A stretch of DNA of 64,000 nt from Bdellovibrionales bacterium (GCA_041690295.1 JAWLHR010000004.1:20919-84918), one strand, 5' to 3'; positions 45,612 to 55,535 are shown, counted from the stretch's first letter. The notes: generated by a model from the letters alone, not told the origin. Made by a program: numbers and translations.

Positions 45612-46154
45612 ATGAAAGGGACATCAACCCTTAAATGGATACAAGTACTGGGTCTCTTGGTTTTAAGCCTCACTCTGGTGAACTGCTCAAAATCCAAGAA
45701 ATCCTCGAGCCCAGGGGCCGTGACGTCGAATAACGGCTATATCATTTGCCCCTCGACAGGGAGCTATGTGAGTAACGGCATGACCTTAAGTTGTGTGCCG
45801 GGAACGCAGGTTTATGTCGGCGGAACGACCACACCCAATAACGGCTACATTATTTGTCCCTCGACGGGAACCTATGTGAACAATGGCGTTATGTTAACCT
45901 GTACGCCAGGTTCTCAGGTTTATGTCGGCGGAGCGCAAAACAATGGCATCTGCCCGCCCACCGGCTACTATTCACAAAACGGGATCAATTATCAGTGTGT
46001 TCCCGGAACGCCGATTAACAATGGCGGCGGCCAGTATAATAATAACAACGCTTGCGCCAACTACACAGCTCAGTACGGAATTCCGTACGTGCTCGTGCTC
46101 TATCGTGGCCAATACGTTTGTATGCGCTACGATTACGCCAACGGTTATTACTAA
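45612..46154 (+). CDS. Cys/Asn/Gly-rich repeat lipoprotein
   Basis: LVNC lipobox; two ~36-aa NNGYIICPSTG..C.PG.QVYVGG repeats plus a degenerate third. Confidence 0.75.
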   Translation: MKGTSTLKWIQVLGLLVLSLTLVNCSKSKKSSSPGAVTSNNGYIICPSTGSYVSNGMTLSCVPGTQVYVGGTTTPNNGYIICPSTGTYVNNGVMLTCTPGSQVYVGGAQNNGICPPTGYYSQNGINYQCVPGTPINNGGGQYNNNNACANYTAQYGIPYVLVLYRGQYVCMRYDYANGYY

Positions 46155-46188
46155 TCGAACGAATTCAAAAGGCGGGGATGGCTCCTGT

Positions 46189-47175
46189 TTAACCCGCCTT
46201 TAGATTTTTCTCGCAGTCATTTTGTTGCGAGCCCTGACGCCCACTTTGTTTGAGAATCTCCAAAGCGAACTCACCGGCTCTCCTTCGGACCATGGATCCA
46301 TGAAATTCAATCGACTCAAAATCCACTCCGTGCCGGGCGCCCGGTAAGGTGACGGTCTCGATGTTCGCTCCCTTCAAGATTTGCCAATGAGACCACTTCA
46401 AAAGTTTTCGGCTCCTTACATAAACGTCCTCATGATCACCCGCCACGAAGATGAGAGTCTGAAGATCAGTGGGGAGTCGCTGATATTGGCTGAGAATGGA
46501 GTTGTACCTAAGGGCCAGGGCGAACCATAAGTGCGAGCCCGGCGACTTCGGCTTCAATTCTCCCGCGGGAGAATAATGCGGATCATGCGTCAGTGTCTCC
46601 AAAGTCACTTCACCCAAGGGATATTCAAGACTGGGTTGGCCCACGAAGTTGCGCACATAAACTCCCGGCGCGAACAGAATAAGGCCTTTGATTTCCCTTT
46701 CAAATTTCGGGAGGGTATCGGCTTGGACCATTCGCAAGGCTAACAGGCCGCCAGTGGACCAACCCGCAACCAGAAGTGGCCGGTTATCAACCCGCGTTTC
46801 GCGCTCCACGATGTGAGCCACCTGGGCGAGTTTCGTAAAAGTGAATTCGTTGATCGGTGCCCCCGATGTGTCTCCATGCGAGGGGAAATCAAAAGAGATG
46901 ACGCGAAATCCTCGTGAGGTCCATTCATCGAAAAGCGCTCGGTGGTTGTCGAGGCGATCGGCGAAACCGTGCAAATAAAGTATATCGCCCACGGGCTCGC
47001 CTTCAGGGTCTTGAATACCCACTCGAAGTTTCACTTCCATGCCAATTTCAGAAGCGGGAAGTTCGTTGATGAATGTGCGCAAAGCCTTTGCGCTTGCGAG
47101 CGAAGGGAAGGCCAGAGCGGCTGATAGGAGAAAGCATAAAGTAGTGGTCATGACCGCAGTGAATGCCTGCTCCAT
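46189..47175 (-). CDS. exported alpha/beta hydrolase (lysophospholipase-like)
   Basis: HGFAD, DFPSHG, GWSTGG, GARH; ends NDCEKNLKAG. Confidence 0.85.
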   Translation of the reverse strand: MEQAFTAVMTTTLCFLLSAALAFPSLASAKALRTFINELPASEIGMEVKLRVGIQDPEGEPVGDILYLHGFADRLDNHRALFDEWTSRGFRVISFDFPSHGDTSGAPINEFTFTKLAQVAHIVERETRVDNRPLLVAGWSTGGLLALRMVQADTLPKFEREIKGLILFAPGVYVRNFVGQPSLEYPLGEVTLETLTHDPHYSPAGELKPKSPGSHLWFALALRYNSILSQYQRLPTDLQTLIFVAGDHEDVYVRSRKLLKWSHWQILKGANIETVTLPGARHGVDFESIEFHGSMVRRRAGEFALEILKQSGRQGSQQNDCEKNLKAG

Positions 47176-47223
47176 GGGCGACGGTCAACACGGGAATATC
47201 ACGTTATTTAAGGCACGTGCGAT

Positions 47224-47649
47224 TTAAGAAGAGACTTTACCGGATTCAACCATCTGCCGGTACCACTCGTTTTTCACCGCCAGACCGCGCCCCATTTGGG
47301 TGGAGATCAGCGTCCACAGTTCACATTGCTCCGGATTCAAATGCTCGCGCAGAACCTCGTGGAACAAGCCCAACCAGCGCGCCAGAAACGCTTCATTAAA
47401 GCCGGCATGATAATGTTTCAGCACCGGATTGTAATGACCAAACATATAGGGTTTTCCGCCGAACTTGATCCACCAGAAATGGGTGAGGCGCTCGATATGT
47501 TCCGGCCAGTCGTGGACTGAACGAAAAGGGACCTTCAGAACGGGATCATGCTCAACCCGGCGGTAAAAGGTTTCAACAACCCTGCGAATGTCCTCATGAT
47601 GAAAGGCAACGCCTCGGACCGTAACGCATTGGCTTTCCGCAGTGTCCAT
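47224..47649 (-). CDS. group III truncated hemoglobin
   Basis: VVETFYRRV..DPVL..F, DWPEHIERLTHFW, RWLGLF. Confidence 0.88.
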   Translation of the reverse strand: MDTAESQCVTVRGVAFHHEDIRRVVETFYRRVEHDPVLKVPFRSVHDWPEHIERLTHFWWIKFGGKPYMFGHYNPVLKHYHAGFNEAFLARWLGLFHEVLREHLNPEQCELWTLISTQMGRGLAVKNEWYRQMVESGKVSS

Positions 47650-47772
47650 GAAATCTCTCCGCCTTTGAAATGCCCACATAATATGCAACATCCTGGGCGA
47701 AATGTCATGCATTGGTTTTGGGTAGAGAGACTGAGCCTTGAAAACTTAACTCGTCAACGTAACCATTGAGGA

Positions 47773-49617
47773 ATGTCTCGCCCGCTTTGGATCATCACGA
47801 TCGTCTACTGGTTGTCCCGTATTTTGTTTTACGCGTTCGTTTTCGACGATTCCTATAATATTCACATGGCGATCTCTTTTGATGAACGCGCACGAGCGGT
47901 CGCCGAGAGCCGGAGTTTTTATTATTTCACGGCATGGGGGACGTTTCCGGTCTATTTGGGTTCGATCTATAAAATTCTTTCGTTTTTCGATCTTTTGGCT
48001 CACCGGTTTCATATTCTGTATTGGCTGCAAAGCGGGTTGGTGTTCGGCGCGGTCATCCTCGCGGTCAAAATCATGGAAAAATGGCGCGAGCGCGAAAATC
48101 TGCCGGCATGGACACCGCTTGTAACGGGTCTCGTGCTCTCATTGGATTTTCAAACCCTTTACTATGGCAGCATGGCGATCAGTGAACCGTTCTTTGTCGC
48201 CGCCTTCACCGCGGCTTTATGGCTCATGAGTACGGCGAGGAGCACGCGTTTCACCGATGATTTGGTGCTCGGCGCGCTGCTCGCCATCGCGGCGGTCATG
48301 AGGAACATCATTTTGCCACTGATCCCGGCGTTTTTGCTTCTGAGGGGTTATCAGGCCTATCGGGGAAAGGAAAAATGGTCGAGTGTGTCGCTCACCTTTA
48401 TTGGATTTGTCACGGTTTATGCTTTTTCAGGTTGGGGGGCGAGACTTCACGAGCGCACTGACGCTTCGGAGATCAGCTTGAATCGTTACGTGAATTTCGC
48501 TCAAACCTGGTGTGAAGCGCGAATGATGGGCTTTGACCGCCCCGACGGCCAGTTCTGGTTCACTCCTCCACCTTATCGAACCGCGCCGATCAGCAGCTCT
48601 TTGGTGTTTGACCGGCCCTTCACCGATGCCGGATTTTATCTGAAAACCGCGGCCCAATGTTTGGTCAATGCTCCCGCGAAATTGATCGGGCAGTTTCACT
48701 CGATCCGCAATGTTTTTTGGGGCGCGCTTTATCCCGATCCGCTCGCGGTCAACGATCAGTTGTGGTTACGGTTATTCAATCGTGTTTTTGCGATCGGACT
48801 TCTGGTGGGGCTGATCGCGGCTGGTTTTCGTCCAGCGTTTTTCAACTCGTGGGCCATGCGCGCGTTTGTTTGCATGCTTTTGTCCGTTTATGTGGCCTCT
48901 CCCGGTGAAGAACGGTTTAAAACGTCCTTCATTATCCCTTTGACGTTGCTCGGAGTGGCGGGATGGAGCGGGCTTCTCGCCGAGACCAAACGGCGGACGT
49001 TGGGTTTTTTGGGAGTGATCGCCATTTCCTTGGCCTTCAACGGTTGGCTGCCGGGTTGGCGCGCGCGACAGATCGTTGAACGCGAAGAATTTCTGCGTCG
49101 GCCTGCCGGTGAAATTCAAAATCTCGTCGAAAAACGCCTTGGCCTGATCACACCTCATCTGTCCAATGAAGATCCTTGTGAACGGCCGATCGCCGAACCT
49201 GGGCCTGATCCAAATCCGATGACATGGTTTTGTTGGCATTGGACACAGGCCACGGCACCTGGTGTTTCCACGCGAAACGCGGCCTGGCCTCAGCAAAGAC
49301 CGGCCGCTTGGCGCGCCCAAGAGCCCGAGGACCCCTACAATTTTCTGTACGTGGCGGGAGACCTGATTCGGATCACTCACTTCTTAGCGCGCGATCCGGC
49401 CACGCAGATTTACAGCGAACGGGATGTTCGGCTTCTTCTGCATAAACTTTTATCTTACCAGTTGATTCGTCCGGAGATGAAAGGCCATCGGTTATTCGGC
49501 TCCGTAATCACGGATCTTCGCGATCTTTACGCCCGGGCGGAACATCAGCAGGCCTTCGCCATTGCTCTTCGTTACTGGCTCGAAAACAACTCAAGCCTCC
49601 GGGATAATCCTGAGTGA
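47773..49617 (+). CDS. GT-C fold (ArnT/PMT-like) membrane glycosyltransferase with C-terminal soluble domain
   Basis: Multiple TM helices; SFDE, ISEP, ERF motifs. Confidence 0.55.
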   Translation: MSRPLWIITIVYWLSRILFYAFVFDDSYNIHMAISFDERARAVAESRSFYYFTAWGTFPVYLGSIYKILSFFDLLAHRFHILYWLQSGLVFGAVILAVKIMEKWRERENLPAWTPLVTGLVLSLDFQTLYYGSMAISEPFFVAAFTAALWLMSTARSTRFTDDLVLGALLAIAAVMRNIILPLIPAFLLLRGYQAYRGKEKWSSVSLTFIGFVTVYAFSGWGARLHERTDASEISLNRYVNFAQTWCEARMMGFDRPDGQFWFTPPPYRTAPISSSLVFDRPFTDAGFYLKTAAQCLVNAPAKLIGQFHSIRNVFWGALYPDPLAVNDQLWLRLFNRVFAIGLLVGLIAAGFRPAFFNSWAMRAFVCMLLSVYVASPGEERFKTSFIIPLTLLGVAGWSGLLAETKRRTLGFLGVIAISLAFNGWLPGWRARQIVEREEFLRRPAGEIQNLVEKRLGLITPHLSNEDPCERPIAEPGPDPNPMTWFCWHWTQATAPGVSTRNAAWPQQRPAAWRAQEPEDPYNFLYVAGDLIRITHFLARDPATQIYSERDVRLLLHKLLSYQLIRPEMKGHRLFGSVITDLRDLYARAEHQQAFAIALRYWLENNSSLRDNPE

Positions 49618-50815
49618 CGCAAAGAATTCCTCGCTCGATTGTGGGAATGGAGGAGACCGCGCCTTTCAAAGACCAATGCTGAATCACGGTTCCGGATTTG
49701 GCGGAGAGGGCGCAGACGCCGGCGGTTCGACAGGCCGTCCAGAGCGTGTCTCCGGTGATAGTGACGCCCGAACGATAATCCGGCTGACGTAAATCCACGG
49801 TCCATCGGCGCTCCCCATTGGCGCCGGAAAAGGCGCTGAGATGCCCGTCGAGGGAACCCACAATGACGAGATCAAGTCCCCTGTGATAGGCCACGCTGGA
49901 CGCGGATCCCGCGCTCAATTCTCTTTGCCATATCAATTGACCATTTCGGCAGTCCACGGCGGACACACGACCGCCACCATCCGCCGCGAAGGCCTGTGAC
50001 CCGGAGGCGGTCAGGGTTCCGCGAACGGGGCCGGCCGCGGCGAAACGCCAAAGAGTGACGCCTGATTCGCGCTCAATGCCCACGACTTGAGCGTTGTTGA
50101 CTCCCACGACAAGCACTTTGTTTTCATCGCAGAACGTGGTCGAAGAATGGGCTTGTTGGCCTAAATAATCCGATCGCCAAATGGGTTGGCCGGTTTCCCG
50201 GTTCAAGGCCACGACATAGCCATCGGCCCGGCGGCCGGTCAGCTCTACGGCGATGTAAACGAATTCTTCGAAAAGCGCCGCGGAAGCCCCGATGGCGCCA
50301 CCTAAACGAGTGATCCATAAGGGATGACCATCGGATTTGCGCAAACGATAAAAGCGGCCGTTGTAAGCGCCGACGTACACGGATTTGGCGTCGAGCGCGG
50401 CCGTTGCATGAAGACCTTCCCGAGCCTCGGCGACTTGAAAGGACCAATTCAATTGACCGGTGAAATTAAAGGCGTGAATCCAACCACTGTCAGTGGTCGC
50501 GAAAATTCCGTCCGCATCGATCGCGGGTGAGGATTTCATCGCCCGGTGGACCGCCAGATTGAACGGCTCAACGGAAAACAGGGGCTTCAGCGGAAATTTA
50601 ATGTGGGATGACGATTCGCCGGTTCGCCCCACCGAATTGCGAAACTGGAAGGTGATGTCGTGGGCGGGTTCAGGCTGAACCAGGACCGGTGGGGCGGGCG
50701 TATCGAAACGGTGGAAGTAATCCAGCGCCACCTGCTCACTGAAAAGGAAAGGGTTTTGAATCGCGGTGACAATGGCGATTATGATTCCGGTCATGTATAA
50801 GCCGATCGGTTTCAT
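49508..50815 (-). CDS. PQQ/BamB-like beta-propeller repeat protein
   Basis: Repeated A(L)xxxxGxxxW blades; ATGA coupling with upstream gene. Confidence 0.85.
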   Translation of the reverse strand: MKPIGLYMTGIIIAIVTAIQNPFLFSEQVALDYFHRFDTPAPPVLVQPEPAHDITFQFRNSVGRTGESSSHIKFPLKPLFSVEPFNLAVHRAMKSSPAIDADGIFATTDSGWIHAFNFTGQLNWSFQVAEAREGLHATAALDAKSVYVGAYNGRFYRLRKSDGHPLWITRLGGAIGASAALFEEFVYIAVELTGRRADGYVVALNRETGQPIWRSDYLGQQAHSSTTFCDENKVLVVGVNNAQVVGIERESGVTLWRFAAAGPVRGTLTASGSQAFAADGGGRVSAVDCRNGQLIWQRELSAGSASSVAYHRGLDLVIVGSLDGHLSAFSGANGERRWTVDLRQPDYRSGVTITGDTLWTACRTAGVCALSAKSGTVIQHWSLKGAVSSIPTIERGILCVTQDYPGGLSCFRASNEEQWRRPADVPPGRKDREDP

Positions 50816-51993
50816 TCGATAATCCCTAAAACAGATATGGATCGGGGGTTTTCGCAAAGATTCCGGAACTCGAAAATTGGGCGATAGCTTTCATCGGTGA
50901 AGCGGCGGCTGACCAGGGCGACATCCATGTCCATGAAATCCGGTTGCCCTTTAAGCTTTTGGCAGTGCCATTGAGCTTCTTTCAACACCACGATGGGATC
51001 GCATTGAATACGTATGGTCAGTGGGCCTGCGAGACGGGGTAATTCACGAACTTCATTTTTGAATTTGGCGACGAAAAATGTTTCGCACTGAGGTTTGGCA
51101 TCGAGCATATTGAGTGCGGTCAATCGACCGCGCCCATCCAAATCGGGGCGGTCCGATAAAACACGGGGAAGCGCATGCAAAATCGCGAACACGGCGAGAA
51201 AAATAATTGAAACATGAGACAGCCCGCGAAAGGAGGATGGCAATTCCTTGTAGTGACGGCTGAGCACCAAGATGGAGAGCAGGCAGGCCATGATCGACGG
51301 ATAATAAAACCCCACGACCAAAAATGAGTAGAGATGAAAAAGCACGATTTGCCCAAAGGTCAGGCGAAACAGACGCGGCTTTCGGGACAAAAGGCCCCAG
51401 ACGAAGAAGGATTCGAGAAGGACAACATAATAGCAGGCCCACTCCAACCATTTTTCTTTAAGGAAGGTTTCTCGCACCATGGCCGCGCCGGAAAGCCATT
51501 CCAAATTGAATTTTAATAGCGAGGCGGCCACGTAGAAGAAAACGATCAGAAAATGAAGCGTGCGAATCTTATCCGGAATAAAAAGAAAGGCGACGAGCGC
51601 CCAATAATGCATATAGTGGAAGTTCCCCATGAATCGATAATCATTCAGGTAAACAAAGGCTTTGAGTCCCGTGGCGAGCAGCAGAAGGAAGTAGGCCGGG
51701 GTCACTCTCTCCCGAATGAAAAAAAACGAAGAGGCCACGGCCGCGCAAAAGTAGGCGGTCAAAATAAAATAAATGACGGGGAACGAAACCGAATAAGCTT
51801 CACAGTTGGGCAGGAACGGCCAGCAGATTCGTTCCGTGCCATGGAAGAGGTTCATCATGCGGTATTCGTTGCGGCTCCAAAGCAGGAACGTCGAAAGATG
51901 TGACAATCCTAACGCGAAACCATACCATTTAAGTGAACGGTTTGAGTTGATTTCCGAGATGTTTTTCTTGATGAATTCGCGAACCAATCTCAT
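50812..51993 (-). CDS. HTTM-like multi-pass membrane protein
   Basis: GNFHY, YVAASLLKFNLEWLSG, FH..; soluble C-terminal domain. Confidence 0.6.
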   Translation of the reverse strand: MRLVREFIKKNISEINSNRSLKWYGFALGLSHLSTFLLWSRNEYRMMNLFHGTERICWPFLPNCEAYSVSFPVIYFILTAYFCAAVASSFFFIRERVTPAYFLLLLATGLKAFVYLNDYRFMGNFHYMHYWALVAFLFIPDKIRTLHFLIVFFYVAASLLKFNLEWLSGAAMVRETFLKEKWLEWACYYVVLLESFFVWGLLSRKPRLFRLTFGQIVLFHLYSFLVVGFYYPSIMACLLSILVLSRHYKELPSSFRGLSHVSIIFLAVFAILHALPRVLSDRPDLDGRGRLTALNMLDAKPQCETFFVAKFKNEVRELPRLAGPLTIRIQCDPIVVLKEAQWHCQKLKGQPDFMDMDVALVSRRFTDESYRPIFEFRNLCENPRSISVLGIIE

Positions 51994-52055
51994 TCCACTT
52001 CACCAACTCAAACCGACTTGAGTCAAGCTTGCAACGTGCAATTTGGCGAATCAAA

Positions 52056-53417
52056 ATGAAGAAGATGTTTCATCCGTCGATTCTGAAAAATGCATTCGCG
52101 ATTGACGCGCGCTCCATCAGACTTTTTCGCATTTTACTGGGTGTGGCCATTTTATTTTATGTTGTCGAATTGTGGCCTGTTATTGATTTGTTTTTCACCG
52201 AAAATGGAATTCTGACGGCGGAGTTCCAAAGAACGGCGGTTTCCAATGTGGCGCGGGGAGCGTTTTCCATTTTTTATTTGTCGGACACGTATGGGTTCGC
52301 CGCCTCGATGCTGGTTCTGCTCGCAATCAGCGGGTTCGCATTGGTGGCAGGGAAGGCGCCGCGAATATGGTCCGCGGTGGCCGCGATCATTTTGATTTCA
52401 ATCAGCAATCGCTTTTATCAAGCCAGCTATGGGGCGGATCAGATGATTCGGCTTTTGGCTTTTTGGTCGATATTTTTGCCGGCCCGGGGCGGGGCGAATG
52501 CCGGCACCTTCGCGGCGTTGGCGCAACTCGCGACCGTCTATGCATTCGCCGGTTTCATCAAATCCGACCGGGTATGGTTGATTGAAGCCAATGGGGTGAT
52601 TCACGCTTTCAAATTGGATCATTTCACCCGCTCCTGGACCGCGTGGACTATGAATTTCCCTGGAACTCTGCGTTTCAGCTCGATTGTCGTTCTTTTGTTG
52701 GAACGGTTCGGATGGCTGTTGTTCTTTTCACCCTGGCGAACGGGACTTTGCCGATTTTTGGCCTTCGTGAGTTTCGCTGGGCTCCATCTGGTGATTATCG
52801 GTTTTCTCCATATCGGTTTGTTCCCTTATTTGAATTTGATCTTTTTGACCCTGCTTTTGCCGGCGGGATTTTGGGAGACGATGGAGAAATTCGGCATCAA
52901 ATATCTTCGCGCCGATGCCAAACCCGAAGAAGATCGACTTTTGAATGGCCTCGCGGCGGCGTTCAGCCTCCTGGTGTTGGTGTGGAATTTGTCCGTGTAC
53001 GCTCGGGCGAATTGGACGCGATCCATTCCAGTGAATCAGTTCATGGCTTCTATCGGTTTACGGCAGCACTGGGCTTTTTATGGTCCCGCGCCGAACCGGA
53101 ATGATGGATGGCATGTTTTTATCGGCCAATTGGCCGACGGCACGGAGATCGATGTCTTGCGAAATAAACCGGTTTCTTTTCTCAAGCCGCCCAGCCTGAT
53201 TGAATCATTCCCCCATCGTCGTTGGGGGCATTTCCTGACCAAGATGACCTATCATCGCCACGATCCGGAACTTCTCGACCGCACCATGGAATATTTCTGT
53301 AAAAACGACGACCGGATCCGGCGAATCGAGACCTACTATGTTTTGGAAGAGACCATGGACGTGGGAGAGGTGGATCGACTCAGCCGGAAATGGTTGATGT
53401 CCAGAAACTGTTATTGA
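52056..53417 (+). CDS. HTTM domain protein
   Basis: DARSIRLFRILLG, NR..GAD, QL..VY..AG..K..W, QHWAFYGP. Confidence 0.8.
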   Translation: MKKMFHPSILKNAFAIDARSIRLFRILLGVAILFYVVELWPVIDLFFTENGILTAEFQRTAVSNVARGAFSIFYLSDTYGFAASMLVLLAISGFALVAGKAPRIWSAVAAIILISISNRFYQASYGADQMIRLLAFWSIFLPARGGANAGTFAALAQLATVYAFAGFIKSDRVWLIEANGVIHAFKLDHFTRSWTAWTMNFPGTLRFSSIVVLLLERFGWLLFFSPWRTGLCRFLAFVSFAGLHLVIIGFLHIGLFPYLNLIFLTLLLPAGFWETMEKFGIKYLRADAKPEEDRLLNGLAAAFSLLVLVWNLSVYARANWTRSIPVNQFMASIGLRQHWAFYGPAPNRNDGWHVFIGQLADGTEIDVLRNKPVSFLKPPSLIESFPHRRWGHFLTKMTYHRHDPELLDRTMEYFCKNDDRIRRIETYYVLEETMDVGEVDRLSRKWLMSRNCY

Positions 53418-53863
53418 GTTTCGCAGACGAAGGAGTTCACCGCGATATTGGGTCGACGTCGCGATATCGCGACCTGCACCAAGACTTTTTTGCCTTCCTT
53501 GCAGACGAGAATTCCCTCACGGCATTCCGCCGAACCTTTGGCCGCGAAGCATTCCGTATTTCGCGACGCCACCCGCTCAATGCCGCCGCCGACGACTTGG
53601 GAATTTCCACCGGATTGCATTTGCACCACCGTGCTTGATGGTTTTGGAATGGTACCGATCTGACGTTTCACTTCTTCCGCCACCAGGCGGCTGACTTGGT
53701 CCATTGAAATGCCGCCGGAGGAAGTGGGGATGATCGTTCGCTGAAGACTATTCGATTGAAGGCTTGCCACTTGTAATCGCAGATCGCGATTTTGTTTTAT
53801 GGCGAACCCGCTGACGAGTAAGGCGATCACGGCTAAAGTTGGATTAGCTATTCGCTGAATCAT
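53411..53863 (-). CDS. membrane-anchored hypothetical protein with C-terminal Cys domain
   Basis: N-terminal TM; start directly after the pilin-like gene stop. Confidence 0.65.
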   Translation of the reverse strand: MIQRIANPTLAVIALLVSGFAIKQNRDLRLQVASLQSNSLQRTIIPTSSGGISMDQVSRLVAEEVKRQIGTIPKPSSTVVQMQSGGNSQVVGGGIERVASRNTECFAAKGSAECREGILVCKEGKKVLVQVAISRRRPNIAVNSFVCETQ

Positions 53864-53864
53864 A

Positions 53865-54647
53865 TTAGAACCCGCTATCTCCCGAGGCGCAGTCGGCGGA
53901 AGCGTCACCACCAGAACCGCCGCCGCCCGATGGTGAAGGTGGTGGCGGCGGTGGTGGTGGCGGTGGGTTGTAGCAACGGCACACCCAACCACTCACACGG
54001 CAATCGCATTCGCAGTATTTGCTTAAGATAACGATTTGCGTGAGTTGCCCTTCGGGGAGACTCACCGGTCCCCATCCAGAGACAAACCGGTTGGCGGGAC
54101 TGCATTTGGCCAGTGTGGCTTCCGCGATGGTGCAGTTGATGATTCGATTCGAGGAATTGGTGGTCAGGAGGACCGGCGTGGACCTGACGATCTCACCGGG
54201 TCCGAGAGTGTTCCGTTTTGTGTATACGATTTGAATTCGGCCGAGGTGAGTGTCGGATCCAATAGGCTTTTCGTTGAAGACGTGAATGCTTTTGACGTTA
54301 ATGCGATCGCCGGTCGGGCCGACCCCGACGATTTTGTTGTTGGTGAGCGCGGTGCCCGCCGTGTTGGCGTAGCGAAAATCCTGAAATGAAATCGATGATC
54401 CAACGGCCGGCAGCGGGCGATTCAAAAGATTCAAACGACAGTGGTGTCCGGACGAAAAGGCGATGCGAACTAAATTGATATTGTCCAATGCACTTCCTCG
54501 GAAGGTCACCGAGGACACGCCATCTTGTACATTCGTCAACAGAGATGTGATCGCGAGCGTCAAAACGCTGACGACGGCGGCGCCGATAAGTACTGATATC
54601 AATATGTTACCACCGACTTTTGACGATTCGTGCTTTGGTTCAAGCAT
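53865..54647 (-). CDS. pilin/pseudopilin-like protein with poly-Pro and Gly/Asp/Ser/Cys tail
   Basis: G|NILISVLIG hydrophobic N-terminus lacking Glu5; paralogue of next gene. Confidence 0.65.
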   Translation of the reverse strand: MLEPKHESSKVGGNILISVLIGAAVVSVLTLAITSLLTNVQDGVSSVTFRGSALDNINLVRIAFSSGHHCRLNLLNRPLPAVGSSISFQDFRYANTAGTALTNNKIVGVGPTGDRINVKSIHVFNEKPIGSDTHLGRIQIVYTKRNTLGPGEIVRSTPVLLTTNSSNRIINCTIAEATLAKCSPANRFVSGWGPVSLPEGQLTQIVILSKYCECDCRVSGWVCRCYNPPPPPPPPPPSPSGGGGSGGDASADCASGDSGF

Positions 54648-54728
54648 ATTTGAATTCTAGCAACTGGTTGAGGCGGTGAGGATCATTTTTGAATCACCCA
54701 GACCAATGTCGTATCGGGAGCTTTGGAT

Positions 54729-55487
54729 CTAAAACCCGCTGTCTCCCGAGGCGCAATCGGCGGAAGCGTCACCACCAGAACCGCCGTCGCCCGATGGTGA
54801 AGGTGGTGGCGGCGGGGGAGGAGGCGTGTAATTGCGGCAGACCCAACCACTCACGCGGCATTCGCAATCGATGTATTTCGTGAAGATCACCATTTGCGTG
54901 AGACGACCCTCAGGTAAGTCCGCCATTCCATAACCGGAGACAAAACGGGTCTCCCGATCACATTTGGAAAGTGCGTCCTCAGGAATTGTGCAGCTTTGAA
55001 TTCGATTCGAGGCATTCGTGGAGAGAAGAATGGGAGTGGAGCGCATGATTTCCCGAGGTCCAAGAGTGTTCTCTCTGGTGTAGATGATTTGGACCCGCGC
55101 CAGGTATTCTCTCGGGGCTAATTGTTTTTCATTGATCACATTGATGCTTTTGATGTTGATCCCATCCTCCGTCGGACCGACACCGGTGATTTTTTCGGAC
55201 GAAAGTGAATTGCCGGAAGCATTGGCATAAAAGAAGTCTTGAAAGGACAGGGACGCGCCCTCGGCGGGCATCGGTCTGTTCAAGAGGTTAAGCCGGCAAT
55301 GATCTCCACCCGAAAAAGCGAGGCGAACTTTTTCTTGGTGGCTGAGAGCGATTTTTTGAAAGGTCGCCGACGAAATACCATCGTTCAAATTGGAAAGCAG
55401 AGTCATGCCCGCAACCACCAAAATTCCCACCAGCGCGACGCCAATCAAAGCTGAAATCAGCACGTCGCCCCGTTGTGATGCGTTCAT
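54729..55487 (-). CDS. pilin/pseudopilin-like protein with poly-Pro and Gly/Asp/Ser/Cys tail
   Basis: MNASQRG|DVLISALIG prepilin-like leader lacking Glu5. Confidence 0.7.
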   Translation of the reverse strand: MNASQRGDVLISALIGVALVGILVVAGMTLLSNLNDGISSATFQKIALSHQEKVRLAFSGGDHCRLNLLNRPMPAEGASLSFQDFFYANASGNSLSSEKITGVGPTEDGINIKSINVINEKQLAPREYLARVQIIYTRENTLGPREIMRSTPILLSTNASNRIQSCTIPEDALSKCDRETRFVSGYGMADLPEGRLTQMVIFTKYIDCECRVSGWVCRNYTPPPPPPPPSPSGDGGSGGDASADCASGDSGF

Positions 55488-55535
55488 GTGGCCCCCCAAT
55501 AGGGAAATGGTAACCAGGGTCAGGTGATCTGTCAC

